From Clostridiales bacterium (lineage in GTDB: Bacteria > Bacillota > Clostridia > Lachnospirales > JAQSXR01), in contig JAQSXR010000012.1 in assembly GCA_029256575.1 (NCBI GenBank), positions 908-64,907 of the forward strand: a stretch of 64,000 nucleotides of DNA, given 5' to 3'. The notes beneath the pieces are model-generated. The model saw only the letters and a program-made list of their open reading frames with translations, did no database searches and was not told where the DNA came from. The translations under genes were made by a program, and so were the position numbers. Shown piece by piece: positions 19,015 to 28,656 of the stretch (position 1 is its first letter; every line of letters starts with the position of its first letter).

Positions 19015-19932
19015 ATGAAAACCATGAAATTAGGAAATAGTGCTTTAGAAGTACCAATGCTTGCAGTAGGATGCATGCGTATTAATTCAATTTCGAAGTC
19101 TGAGGCAGAACACTTTGTTCAGACAGCCTTAGAAGAAGGTGCAAACTTTTTTGATCATGCAGATATATACGGAGCTGGATCTTGTGAAGAAATCTTTGCA
19201 GATGTAATTCATATGAACGAAAATATTCGCGAAAAGATAATCTTACAATCCAAATGCGGAATCAGAAAGGGACTGTTTGATTTTTCAAAACAACATATCT
19301 TAGAGTCTGTTGATGGAATCCTACGTAGGTTGAGAACGGATTACCTTGATGTATTACTCTTACACCGACCAGATGCTCTCGTCGAACCAGAAGAAGTATC
19401 TGAAGCCTTTGATATTCTTAAAAGCTCAGGGAAAGTGCATAATTTTGGAGTTTCAAATCAGAATCCAATGCAGATACAGCTTCTACAAAAATCACTTAAT
19501 CAACCAATTATTGCAAATCAACTACAATTGAGTATTACGAATGCCAACATGATTTCCAATGGAATTAATGTAAATATGAGTAATGATTCGGCAGTGAATC
19601 GTGACGGCAGTATTCTTGATTACTGCAGACTTAACAATATTACTATTCAAACATGGTCTCCATTCCAATACGGATTTTTTGAAGGCGTATTCCTCGGAAG
19701 TGACAAGTACCCAGAATTAAATCAGATAATTAATAGAATTGCAAATAAATATCAGGTATCCAATACAACCATTGCAATTGCTTGGATCTTACGTCATCCT
19801 GCCCATATGCAACCTGTTATAGGAACTATGAATTCAAATCGTTTACAGGATTGTTGTAAGGCGGTGGAAATCTACCTTACACGCGAGGAATGGTACGAAA
19901 TATATCGTGCAGCAGGTAATATATTACCTTAA
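19015..19932 (+). CDS. aldo/keto reductase
   Basis: AKR motifs FFDHADIYG and LLLHRPD. SD TAAGGAGGA. Confidence 0.9.
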   Translation: MKTMKLGNSALEVPMLAVGCMRINSISKSEAEHFVQTALEEGANFFDHADIYGAGSCEEIFADVIHMNENIREKIILQSKCGIRKGLFDFSKQHILESVDGILRRLRTDYLDVLLLHRPDALVEPEEVSEAFDILKSSGKVHNFGVSNQNPMQIQLLQKSLNQPIIANQLQLSITNANMISNGINVNMSNDSAVNRDGSILDYCRLNNITIQTWSPFQYGFFEGVFLGSDKYPELNQIINRIANKYQVSNTTIAIAWILRHPAHMQPVIGTMNSNRLQDCCKAVEIYLTREEWYEIYRAAGNILP

Positions 19933-19982
19933 ACACAAAAACGATACTCTAACATTTAGATTATATAAAATGAATTTAAATA

Positions 19983-20024
19983 AAAAGATAGTATTCCTTT
20001 GCATATAAAGTAATACTATCTTTT
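19983..20024. terminator. bidirectional terminator
   Basis: Inverted repeat AAAAGATAGTATT / AATACTATCTTTT between convergent genes. Confidence 0.8.
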
Positions 20025-20035
20025 TTCATATTATT

Positions 20036-20566
20036 TTAAAGATTTCTTTTTCTATATCTCTTAGATAAACCTCTTAAGAACTTTCTTGCATATTTATCGC
20101 CACATTCTTTATAATTCTTGTGTCCTTCTTTTCTAAATATAGCGCTTAGTTCTCCTTTTGTAATAACAACACCAGCGGATGCTAAGATATCGAGCATATC
20201 CTCACTTGATAAACCTAGTGCTATCTTTAATTTCTTTAGCATAATATTATTTACACTTGCACCATCTTTGATATATAATACGGGTCTTTCTGGTTGACCT
20301 GGTGTAGTTTCAAGCTTACCTCTCTTAAATATTATAAACCCATTTAAAAATGACTCTATCATATAATTACTACAAACTTCAGCCTCAACTTCTTCTATAT
20401 CATCAAAATCTTCAGAATCATCTTGATAATCCTTTGATTTTACGAGTAATTTCATAACTTCCTCTTTTGTTGTTTCTATTCCTCCAAGCTTAAATATTTC
20501 CACCATATCGGTATCCTTTATATCTAGGGCATATCTTAATCTAATTAATATATCATTATTATTCAT
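20036..20566 (-). CDS. DUF1456 (YehS-like) protein
   Basis: Two repeats of the LRYAL... helix motif (ILIRLRYALDIKDTDMVEIF; MLKKLKIALGLSSEDMLDIL). Confidence 0.75.
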   Translation of the reverse strand: MNNNDILIRLRYALDIKDTDMVEIFKLGGIETTKEEVMKLLVKSKDYQDDSEDFDDIEEVEAEVCSNYMIESFLNGFIIFKRGKLETTPGQPERPVLYIKDGASVNNIMLKKLKIALGLSSEDMLDILASAGVVITKGELSAIFRKEGHKNYKECGDKYARKFLRGLSKRYRKRNL

Positions 20567-20831
20567 CTGTAAACCTCCTGAAATTTTCTAATCATATTAT
20601 TATAGCATACAAATGTCATTGTCGAAAGGGGTAGCAAAAAGCGAAGATAACTTTCCTTAGTTTTCCCTTGTTTATTCACAAACCACCTTGAAATAAACCT
20701 TGTGTCAGTATATGATATAAGTAGGAATGTGTATAGAATTTGTAAGCCTAGTAAAGAATAAATGCTATGTTTAATTTTCTTTCATTTTGATAATAGGTTT
20801 TGAATATTCTATATAGAAAAGGAGTTGTTAT

Positions 20832-21779
20832 ATGCAAATCAGTAGGAACAAAGTTGCTATTATTGGTGCAGGTCAAGTGGGTGCAACGATCGCTTTTAGT
20901 TTGGTAGTACAGGAGGTATGTGCAGAAATTACACTAATTGATATTAATCAGACAAAGGCTTTAGGGGAAGCTTCTGACTTACAACACGGCATTGAATATT
21001 TTGGTAGAAACACAAAAATAAATGCAGGAACCTATGCAGATTGTAAGGATGCAGAAATTGTTGTAATTACAGCTTCAGCCCCTTATAGTGGTGAGTTAGA
21101 TCGACTTGAGATGATGGATAAAACCGCTAATATCGTGAAAGATATTGTGCCTAAGATTATGGAAAGTGGTTTTGATGGCATTTTTATTGTTGTCTCTAAT
21201 CCTGTTGATATTATATCTTATTTGGTTTATAAATTATCAGGATTGCCAAAGAGTCAGGTAATCGGTACAGGAACAGCTCTAGAAACTTCTCGTTTAAAAC
21301 AACATATTGGGCAATTACTAAGTATTGATCCAAGAAATGTGGAAGCATTAGTATTGGGTGAGCATGGGGATTCATTAGTTGTACCTTGGAGCCTCGCAAG
21401 AGCTGGTGGTAAGAATTTAATGGAAATCATTAATGACAATCCAGAACATAGTATGATTGACTTACAGCAAATTGAAGAATCGACTAGAAACGCTGGATTT
21501 GATGTGTTAAAGAAAAAAGGCAACACACAATATGGAATTGCTAGTGTTGCAACTGGAATAATATCCGCAATCTTAAGAGATGAATATAAAGCAATCCCTC
21601 TATCAACATTAATGGAGGGTGAATATGGTGTTACTGACGCTTTTTGTGGAGTTCCCGCTATACTTAATCGATATGGTGTCGTGGATATTGTTGAATTGCA
21701 TTTAGAAGAAAAAGAAAAAGAAGCCTTATTGTCTTCAGTTAAAGTCATAAAAGATAATATCAAAAGACTTAATCTGTAA
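20832..21779 (+). CDS. ldh: L-lactate dehydrogenase
   Basis: KVAIIGAGQVG Rossmann motif, DIN..KA.GEA.DL, and the GEHGDS catalytic loop; 315 aa. Confidence 0.9.
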   Translation: MQISRNKVAIIGAGQVGATIAFSLVVQEVCAEITLIDINQTKALGEASDLQHGIEYFGRNTKINAGTYADCKDAEIVVITASAPYSGELDRLEMMDKTANIVKDIVPKIMESGFDGIFIVVSNPVDIISYLVYKLSGLPKSQVIGTGTALETSRLKQHIGQLLSIDPRNVEALVLGEHGDSLVVPWSLARAGGKNLMEIINDNPEHSMIDLQQIEESTRNAGFDVLKKKGNTQYGIASVATGIISAILRDEYKAIPLSTLMEGEYGVTDAFCGVPAILNRYGVVDIVELHLEEKEKEALLSSVKVIKDNIKRLNL

Positions 21780-21784
21780 AATTA

Positions 21785-21835
21785 AAGGAAGCCCCTATTT
21801 ATACATTACTAAAATTGTAAATAGAGGGCTTCCTT
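21785..21835. terminator. bidirectional terminator
   Basis: AAGGAAGCCCCTATTTA / TAAATAGAGGGCTTCCTT inverted repeat. Confidence 0.8.
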
Positions 21836-21876
21836 ATGTGTTTAAGTTATTTTAGTATAATACTTGCTTTGCTGAC

Positions 21877-22068
21877 TTATAAAATCTCTTTCACTCTACC
21901 AACTGTTCCACTTTCAAGCATTACTTTAATTCCATGAGGGTGAGTTGGTGAGTTAGTGAGTATTTTCTTAACAACCCCCTCTGTTAATTTCCCTGAAGGT
22001 TGATCCTGTTTTTGTACAACTCTGACCTTTGCTCCTAATACGATATTGCTTCTTCTTGTTCCTGGCAT
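21877..22068 (-). CDS. ywbE: YwbE (DUF2196) family small protein
   Basis: GKLTEGVVKKILT.S..HPHGIKV.LE.G.VGRV signature. ATG 22068 is preceded by AAGGAG. Confidence 0.8.
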   Translation of the reverse strand: MPGTRRSNIVLGAKVRVVQKQDQPSGKLTEGVVKKILTNSPTHPHGIKVMLESGTVGRVKEIL

Positions 22069-22127
22069 AATGCTTATTCTCCTTAATTTCTCTATATCTA
22101 GGCTTTCTACAACCATTAATTATTAAT

Positions 22128-23297
22128 CTACTTTCCCAAATAATCCTTCGTATCTATCGGAAGCCCTTTTGCTTTTAGTTTAGCTTCTATTATCTCTTTT
22201 ACGATTGAGTATACAAGTACAAATAGTGGTACTCCAATTATTAACCCTGTAATTCCAAAGAATTTCCCACCAACAAGAATTGCAAAGAGAATCCAGAAGG
22301 AAGATATCCCTAGTGTATCCCCTAGGATTTTTGGACCAATGTAATTTCCGTCCAACTGCTGTAATAATAAAATGATGAGTGCAAACCATAGTGCCATAAC
22401 TGGCGATTCAAAGAATATAATAATCCCTGAAGGAATTGCCCCAATAAAAGGTCCGAAAAACGGGATAATATTCGTTATTGTAATGATAAAGGTTATAAGT
22501 AGCGTATATGGCATATTTACGATTGAGAGGACGATAAATGCAATAAGCCCTACAATCAAAGAATCCAGGATTTTTCCAATAAGGAATCCACTGAAAAGTT
22601 TATGTGCTTTTCTAATTATTTGAATAATTTTATCTGCAATCTTTTTGTTGAATAATGCAAAATTTATCTTCTTTGCCAAACTGATAAACTGATCTTTTTC
22701 AGCCAGCATATAGATTGATATAATAATACCAAGTATTACGTTCCAAACTGAAAGTGCAGTACTACGAAGAATAGAAAATACTTTCGGTATTAGTTCTCCC
22801 GCGAAGTTATTAATAAAGACTGCTAGCTCATCCCAACGCTCATTGATAAAGCTGTCGACTTCTTTTGGAAGGTCTACATTATTAGAAAGATTCTTAATAT
22901 AGTCATTTGTAGATACTATATAATCTGGTAATTTATTCGCAAGCCCTTTTATACTAGCAACTAGTTGAGGCAAGATAAAGGCAATAAATAGATATACAAA
23001 AAATCCTGACACGATATATGCGAATAATAGTGCAATTTTATGAAACTTACTTTTTTTCATCTTTTTCATCACTGGTATCTTTATTAAATGTTTTATGAAG
23101 AAAACCAGAAGAAAGTTCACGAGATAGGCGATAATGAACCCATAAATAAATGGGTATAGTATGGAAATATAGCCCTGTAATGCATCCGTAAATTTATCAA
23201 GCCCAGAAACGATAAGATAAAATACGATACTTGAGATAATAACGATGTAGCTGTATATAGCGATTGTAGTATATTTTTGATTCCAATTTATTTTCAC
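22128..23297 (-). CDS. AI-2E family (PerM-like) transporter
   Basis: Eight predicted TM helices with family-typical C-terminal GxxGxxxGxP segments. Start set at the GTG after GGAGGG. The upstream ATGs sit on a TGATATAAT -10-like box. Confidence 0.8.
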   Translation of the reverse strand: MKINWNQKYTTIAIYSYIVIISSIVFYLIVSGLDKFTDALQGYISILYPFIYGFIIAYLVNFLLVFFIKHLIKIPVMKKMKKSKFHKIALLFAYIVSGFFVYLFIAFILPQLVASIKGLANKLPDYIVSTNDYIKNLSNNVDLPKEVDSFINERWDELAVFINNFAGELIPKVFSILRSTALSVWNVILGIIISIYMLAEKDQFISLAKKINFALFNKKIADKIIQIIRKAHKLFSGFLIGKILDSLIVGLIAFIVLSIVNMPYTLLITFIITITNIIPFFGPFIGAIPSGIIIFFESPVMALWFALIILLLQQLDGNYIGPKILGDTLGISSFWILFAILVGGKFFGITGLIIGVPLFVLVYSIVKEIIEAKLKAKGLPIDTKDYLGK

Positions 23298-23362
23298 TGT
23301 ACCCTCCACTAGAAATAGTATTTTTCTCATATACATTATATCACAATATACAGATTATGGAA

Positions 23363-24571
23363 CTATAACTCCCACAGAACCTTTTCCCATTCATACAAAT
23401 CTTCATCCGTACTTACTTTAGCATCAATCTCATCCCTCAATACTTTTCTTTCCTGTTCCGAAAGCAATTTAAAGACTTCAGTAAATTCTCCTTTATAGAA
23501 GCATTCTTTAAGAATTTCCTTTAAATCAGTAAGCCCTTTTACCTCTTTTTCCAACATAATTAACTTATCCGATAAAAATCTACATTCTTTCATTTCATCA
23601 ATTAATTTTCTTAGCTTATCATCTTCCATCGTAATACCCTCTTCAAACCATACTTCTGCTTTTAATGCTTCTATCACTGTTTTGGAAAATAGCTTATCTA
23701 AACTTTCACTTTCTGAATAATATTTATATTCAAATGCAAATTCTTTCATGTCATACTTTAAATAATTAAGAAGTTCTTTATTTCCTTCAAATTTATCATT
23801 TATAAGCTCTTCTAAAACACTAGCCAAAAATATCGCTAATTCTTCTTGTGATTTATGAGTAGAGATATTCAATAATTGATCTAAATCTGAATCTTCCATA
23901 AGCAAATCATTAATAGGCTTATTTAAGATAATACAACCTAATACATTTCTTAAGACAACCTTACACACATTGAATATATAATCAGAATATTCCTCATGAA
24001 ATCCTAAAAGTACTTTTTCAATCCACTCAGCAGGAAATTTACTTAGAAATAACTGTTCTAATTGAATCCTTCTCAAATATTCATAAATAATATCGATTCC
24101 TATTAAATCTTGTATTTCACAAATCAAAGGATAATCGAGTGATAAAATGTGATTACCCGCATCAAATTCAACATCATATTTTGCAAAAAATGCTGGCATT
24201 CCTTTTATCACTGTCTCATAGTAACACAAATTATGATAAGCATTAAAAGTTTTATTAATTTCTAGGAACAATCTTTTTGATCGTGTAATCTTTTTCTTCT
24301 TATTTAATAATCCATTTCTAAAAGCATCAACTGCGTTTATTTTCTCATCTACTACTCTTACTTGGTCCGATTCTTTCTTCTTGGATTCTTTATTTGTTAA
24401 GTCTTCATTTGTAGACCCTACATTTGTAGTATCTTCATTCATACAATATAGAATGGAATTCATTAATTGTCGTGCTATAACATATGTTACAGAAGTACTA
24501 TCATTACTTGTATATTTTTTCACTCGCTCTGATAATATTGGCATGAGTTCTTCCATACTGTAATCATTCAT
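23363..24571 (-). CDS. hypothetical soluble helical protein (402 aa), family not assigned
   Basis: Good SD AGGGAGA. Overlaps the upstream ORF by 8 nt. Confidence 0.65.
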   Translation of the reverse strand: MNDYSMEELMPILSERVKKYTSNDSTSVTYVIARQLMNSILYCMNEDTTNVGSTNEDLTNKESKKKESDQVRVVDEKINAVDAFRNGLLNKKKKITRSKRLFLEINKTFNAYHNLCYYETVIKGMPAFFAKYDVEFDAGNHILSLDYPLICEIQDLIGIDIIYEYLRRIQLEQLFLSKFPAEWIEKVLLGFHEEYSDYIFNVCKVVLRNVLGCIILNKPINDLLMEDSDLDQLLNISTHKSQEELAIFLASVLEELINDKFEGNKELLNYLKYDMKEFAFEYKYYSESESLDKLFSKTVIEALKAEVWFEEGITMEDDKLRKLIDEMKECRFLSDKLIMLEKEVKGLTDLKEILKECFYKGEFTEVFKLLSEQERKVLRDEIDAKVSTDEDLYEWEKVLWEL

Positions 24572-25079
24572 CTTGATTTCTCCCTATATCTGTACGACAT
24601 CCTTTTTTTATTTCATTACAAAATTCGTCCAAGCATGTAGTCTCTAAATATTCCAATGATCCCTGACAATCTCCATCAAAATGTTCTTTCATAAAAGACA
24701 GTAACTCATCATCACTTAATTCATCTAAGCTTTCGTTTTTATAATAATAAAAAATCTCTTGTAATTTTGTTATTGTTTCCACATAGTTATCTTGGTAAAT
24801 ATAATGAGAATCACAAAAAGTATAAATTAATTTCGGTAAGATTGCCTCCCCAAATTCAATTCTTTCTTGTTCTCTCAAGTTTTTCTTTCTATTTTCCAAA
24901 AGTATTAGTGCTTCTTTCTCAGATAAACGAATCCCAAACTTCTCAGTATATTGATTGCTATCAATTAAATTTTGAAGCTGGTATTTCTGTTGATTTGCTA
25001 CAATAATTGAAAACATATTGTTATCTATTGCGATCACCTTCCTTATTTGATAATGACTAATCTTACTACTACGAAACAA
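24564..25079 (-). CDS. hypothetical protein (up to 171 aa), start uncertain
   Basis: Coupled to the downstream ORF. No convincing SD at TTG 25079. AAGGAAGGTG lies inside the N-terminus, so the true start may be later. Confidence 0.55.
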   Translation of the reverse strand: MFRSSKISHYQIRKVIAIDNNMFSIIVANQQKYQLQNLIDSNQYTEKFGIRLSEKEALILLENRKKNLREQERIEFGEAILPKLIYTFCDSHYIYQDNYVETITKLQEIFYYYKNESLDELSDDELLSFMKEHFDGDCQGSLEYLETTCLDEFCNEIKKGCRTDIGRNQDE

Positions 25080-25091
25080 CTATTACAAGAC

Positions 25092-25120
25092 TTGAAAAAA
25101 ATGCATTTTTGTGGTAATAT
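25092..25120 (+). promoter_or_regulatory. near-consensus extended -10 sigma-A promoter with no gene behind it
   Basis: TTGAAA, 17 nt, then TGGTAATAT. Confidence 0.5.
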
Positions 25121-25132
25121 GAGAATGCAAAA

Positions 25133-25177
25133 AGAGATAGAATTTCAATTTTCATTGATATTTCTATCTCTTTTTTT
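25133..25177 (+). terminator. strong hairpin plus T7 run about 10 nt after the predicted start site
   Basis: AGAGATAGAA / TTCTATCTCT 10-bp stem, 19-nt loop, then TTTTTTT. Confidence 0.65.
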
Positions 25178-25219
25178 ATGTTTGATCGACAAAGTGTCTT
25201 TCTACATTGAGATATAATA

Positions 25220-25274
25220 ATTGTAAACCTTTATCAAATATTTAGTTGACAATAGGAACTATGAACTTTATAAT
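25220..25274 (+). promoter_or_regulatory. bioY promoter overlapped by a BirA-type operator
   Basis: ATTGTAAAC, N16, GTTGACAAT inverted repeat (8/9 symmetric). Its right half contains -35 TTGACA; 17 nt later comes TATAAT. Confidence 0.65.
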
Positions 25275-25398
25275 AAATTAAGTTGTTAATATATTAATAT
25301 TTGAATTTATATAATACGAAACCTTGCAAATGAAATATTTATATTTTAGGACTATGCAAGAAAACTACTTAATTTACATAATAAAAGGAGTAAGCATC

Positions 25399-25950
25399 AT
25401 GAAAAACAAAAAGAACATTAATCCTCGTCACTTAGCGTTAATCGGCATTATGGCTGCAATCACCTGCATCTTAGGTCCACTATCTCTTCCTATTGGTGTA
25501 GTACCAATCACTTTTACTAATCTTGCGATATACTTAGCAATATATGTACTTGGTTGGAAAAAGGGAACTATTAGTTATCTTATATATTTATTAATTGGAT
25601 TTGTTGGAGTTCCTGTTTTTTCCGGGTTTTCTGGAGGAGTAGGTAAATTAGTTGGCCCTACTGGTGGATATTTAATTGGTTTCATTTTTATGGCATTGAT
25701 AAGTGGTATTTTTATTGATAAGTTTTTTGATAAAATATATATGCATTATATTGGTATGATTCTAGGTACAATCGTTACCTATATGATTGGTACTGCTTGG
25801 TTAGCATCCCAAATAGATAAGTCCTTTGGTGCTGCTTTGGCTATTGGAGTAAGTCCTTTTATTCTGGGAGATTCCATAAAGATTGTGATAGCTTCCCTTA
25901 TCGGTCCTATACTTAGAAAACAACTTATAAAAGCTAGATTATACAAATAA
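25399..25950 (+). CDS. bioY: biotin transporter BioY (ECF S-component)
   Basis: Six-TM BioY pattern (PITFTNLAIYL, GPTGGYLIGF). ATG 25399 is preceded by AAAGGAG. Confidence 0.9.
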   Translation: MKNKKNINPRHLALIGIMAAITCILGPLSLPIGVVPITFTNLAIYLAIYVLGWKKGTISYLIYLLIGFVGVPVFSGFSGGVGKLVGPTGGYLIGFIFMALISGIFIDKFFDKIYMHYIGMILGTIVTYMIGTAWLASQIDKSFGAALAIGVSPFILGDSIKIVIASLIGPILRKQLIKARLYK

Positions 25951-25979
25951 TATTAATCACTTTATATCCAATTTCTATA

Positions 25980-26684
25980 TTACTCGATCGAAACATCTTC
26001 TTGTTCATAAGAGGATACATTCATATCACCGTTTTCATCGATTGAAGCAAAAAAAACTTCTGTGATATTTTTGTATCCTTTTTCTTTTAGTTTTTCTAAT
26101 ATTTCATGTTCTGTATATTTTGTTTTGAAGAGTGTATCTATTTTAAATTTACCCTCAAATATAACTGTCTTATGCATGCTGCTTATCGGCGTATCCATTT
26201 TCATATGTTTTGGAGTAAGTTCTTCAAATTCAGATTTTTTTAATACTGAAATATCCCCGTTCGGTTCAATAATAGCATAAGCGATCATATCTAAGTCAAA
26301 TATGTCCTTCTCTCTAAGTAACATTAAAATCTCACTTACTGTATAACTAATCTTCTTGATGTTTTTGTGTAATAATTGCCCATTATGAGCTACCACGGTT
26401 GCATCAAAGTTTACCAAATGTCTAAATTTCTTACTTCTAACAGATAGAAAACTAACTCCCTTTTGAAGAAGTGCTAGCATAATGATAGCAAAAACAGCAT
26501 GAAGATGCTTAATATCTTGGTCTACAATATCTGCTCCCACAATTGAGCCTATAACTACTATTGATAGAAAGTCATATACCAGTAGTTCTCCGATAGGTCT
26601 TTTACCAATTATATACAAAGTACTAAACAATAATAATGTCATAATACTTATGAGCCTTAGCAAAATATCCAAATATTCATTCAT
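25980..26684 (-). CDS. DUF421 (YetF-like) membrane protein
   Basis: N-terminal three TM helices plus a C-terminal soluble DUF421-type domain; 234 aa. Confidence 0.75.
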   Translation of the reverse strand: MNEYLDILLRLISIMTLLLFSTLYIIGKRPIGELLVYDFLSIVVIGSIVGADIVDQDIKHLHAVFAIIMLALLQKGVSFLSVRSKKFRHLVNFDATVVAHNGQLLHKNIKKISYTVSEILMLLREKDIFDLDMIAYAIIEPNGDISVLKKSEFEELTPKHMKMDTPISSMHKTVIFEGKFKIDTLFKTKYTEHEILEKLKEKGYKNITEVFFASIDENGDMNVSSYEQEDVSIE

Positions 26685-26754
26685 AATAATGTCTCCCTTA
26701 ATAATTATTCATTATTAGTATTTCCATTTATTAATAAATATATAACTACATATA

Positions 26755-26796
26755 TAAAAACAGCAGTAGCTGCTCCCCTATAGGGCCTCTACTGCT
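26755..26796 (-). terminator. rho-independent terminator
   Basis: Minus-strand stem CAGCAGTAG / CTACTGCTG followed by a T-run. Confidence 0.75.
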
Positions 26797-26818
26797 GTAA
26801 ATTTTATTGTATCGTTAT

Positions 26819-28579
26819 CTATTTAATATATTCAATAGCAGATTTTGCTGCAACGCGACCAAATACTACGATATCAGCTACTGCATTACCACCGATACGG
26901 TTTGCACCGTGAACTCCACCTGTTACTTCACCTGCTGCGAATAAACCTGGGATTGCGGTTCCATCTTTTGAAATAACTTCTGATTTCGTATTAATCTCAA
27001 CACCACCCATAGTATGGTGAACTCCTGGAGCTATTTTAATTGCATAAAATGGTCCTACTGAAGTGTTGTTATCCATACCAGTTGTTCTATTAAATTCTGC
27101 ATCATTTTTTGATGCAACTGCTTCATTCCATGTTGTTAATGTTTCTGCTAATGTTTTTGGATCAACATTTATTTGTTCCGCTAATTCTTCGATTGTATTA
27201 CCTTGTACCGTAATATTACTGTCTACATACTTTTCAATCGCACTTAAATTATCACGTAATAATTGGTCAAATATAATATAAGAATAGCTTCCTTCTTGTG
27301 CAATAACTGCTGCAGATACAACATCACGAGTTAATAACTCATCTGTAAATCTTTTTCCAGACTGATTAACAAGAATTGCTCCACCACCACGAACAGATTC
27401 AGTAATCATAATACTTGTTGTTTGTTCAACTGTTGGATGAATTTGTATTTGTTCTATATCTACAAGATTCGCACCGATTGCTTCCGCCATAACGATACCA
27501 TCACCTGTTGCGCCTGGAGTATTTGTTGTTACATATCCCTTAAGTTCTGGTTTATATTTTGTATATAATTCTTCATTCGCACCAAAACCACCTGTTGCCA
27601 TAATTACTGCTTTTGCATTAATTACATAGTTTGTTTCAGATGATTCAGCTTTAATACCTACTACACTACCATTATTTGTTAGTATTTCAGTAGCTGTTGT
27701 ATTTAACATAACTTCTACACCTAGACTATCTAAGTTTGTTTTGAATTTTTCAACTAAGTAAGTACCTACACTTGAACCACCTTCAGGTCTATGAATACGT
27801 TTATTAGTTGCACCACCTGAGAATGATACTTCTGGAAGTGGAGCACCGATAGATTCAAGCCAATCAATAGCTTCTGCTGAATCCTCAGCCATAACAGTTA
27901 CTAAATCTCTATTATTTACATTATATCCACCAACCATTGTATCTTCAATAAATGTTTCGATGGAATCCTCTATTCCTAGTTCCTTTTGAACACTAGTTTC
28001 TGCAGCGTTCATTCCACCAGTTGCTTTAATTGTATTTCCGCCTACCATAGGCATTTTTTCTACAATCAATACATTTAATCCAGCATTCTTCAATTCAATT
28101 GCTGCAGTCATACCAGCACCACCAGCACCAACGATTACTACATCAACATCAATAACTTCTTCTTTTTTGTCGGTATTGTCATCTTGAACTGCTACTAAAG
28201 TTGATACATCTACTCCAGCACTTTTTAACGCCTTAGTTATTGCTTCAATTACTGCATTACTTGTTACAGTAGCACTTGCAACAGCATCTACTTCAACAGA
28301 TTGACTCTTAACAATCAAAGCCGGAAGTGTCTCGATAGCAATAGAACCAATCCCTTCTGTTTCTTTGCTTCCTACTACTGTAATTTCTTCTATCTTTTCA
28401 TCAGATAATACAACCGTAGCAACTACATCGCCACCAAACCCTTTTGCTGTTCCTTCATAAGTACCTGCTTTAAATTTTGTTCCTGAATTTGTTGTTTCTT
28501 TTTCTTTTTCTTTAGCACCACAAGATGCAAGTGTAACGGATAATATAACCACCATGATTATCGCTAAAAACTTCTTCAT
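26819..28579 (-). CDS. extracytoplasmic FMN-bind plus FAD flavocytochrome-c-type reductase (fumarate/urocanate reductase family), lipoprotein
   Basis: Lipobox LASC. FMN_bind-type flavinylation motif DAVASATVTS. FAD dinucleotide fold VVIVGAGGAGMTAA. HHTMGG and GANRIGGNA motifs. Confidence 0.9.
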   Translation of the reverse strand: MKKFLAIIMVVILSVTLASCGAKEKEKETTNSGTKFKAGTYEGTAKGFGGDVVATVVLSDEKIEEITVVGSKETEGIGSIAIETLPALIVKSQSVEVDAVASATVTSNAVIEAITKALKSAGVDVSTLVAVQDDNTDKKEEVIDVDVVIVGAGGAGMTAAIELKNAGLNVLIVEKMPMVGGNTIKATGGMNAAETSVQKELGIEDSIETFIEDTMVGGYNVNNRDLVTVMAEDSAEAIDWLESIGAPLPEVSFSGGATNKRIHRPEGGSSVGTYLVEKFKTNLDSLGVEVMLNTTATEILTNNGSVVGIKAESSETNYVINAKAVIMATGGFGANEELYTKYKPELKGYVTTNTPGATGDGIVMAEAIGANLVDIEQIQIHPTVEQTTSIMITESVRGGGAILVNQSGKRFTDELLTRDVVSAAVIAQEGSYSYIIFDQLLRDNLSAIEKYVDSNITVQGNTIEELAEQINVDPKTLAETLTTWNEAVASKNDAEFNRTTGMDNNTSVGPFYAIKIAPGVHHTMGGVEINTKSEVISKDGTAIPGLFAAGEVTGGVHGANRIGGNAVADIVVFGRVAAKSAIEYIK

Positions 28580-28656
28580 AATTTTCTCCTCTATAAGATT
28601 GATATTATTTTAACTAACTTTCTTTATTATATAGCGAGAAAATTAACATACTCTGT

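Noticed and set aside
20670-20700. Possible Rex operator upstream of ldh (TTGTTTATTCACAA).
   Set aside because: Only the right half-site TTCACAA fits TTGTGAA-N4-TTCACAA. The left half at the proper spacing (TCCCTTG) does not match.
21254-21763. 169-aa minus-strand ORF, and 21211..21399, overlapping ldh.
   Set aside because: Antisense shadow of the clearly recognisable L-lactate dehydrogenase gene, with no independent support.
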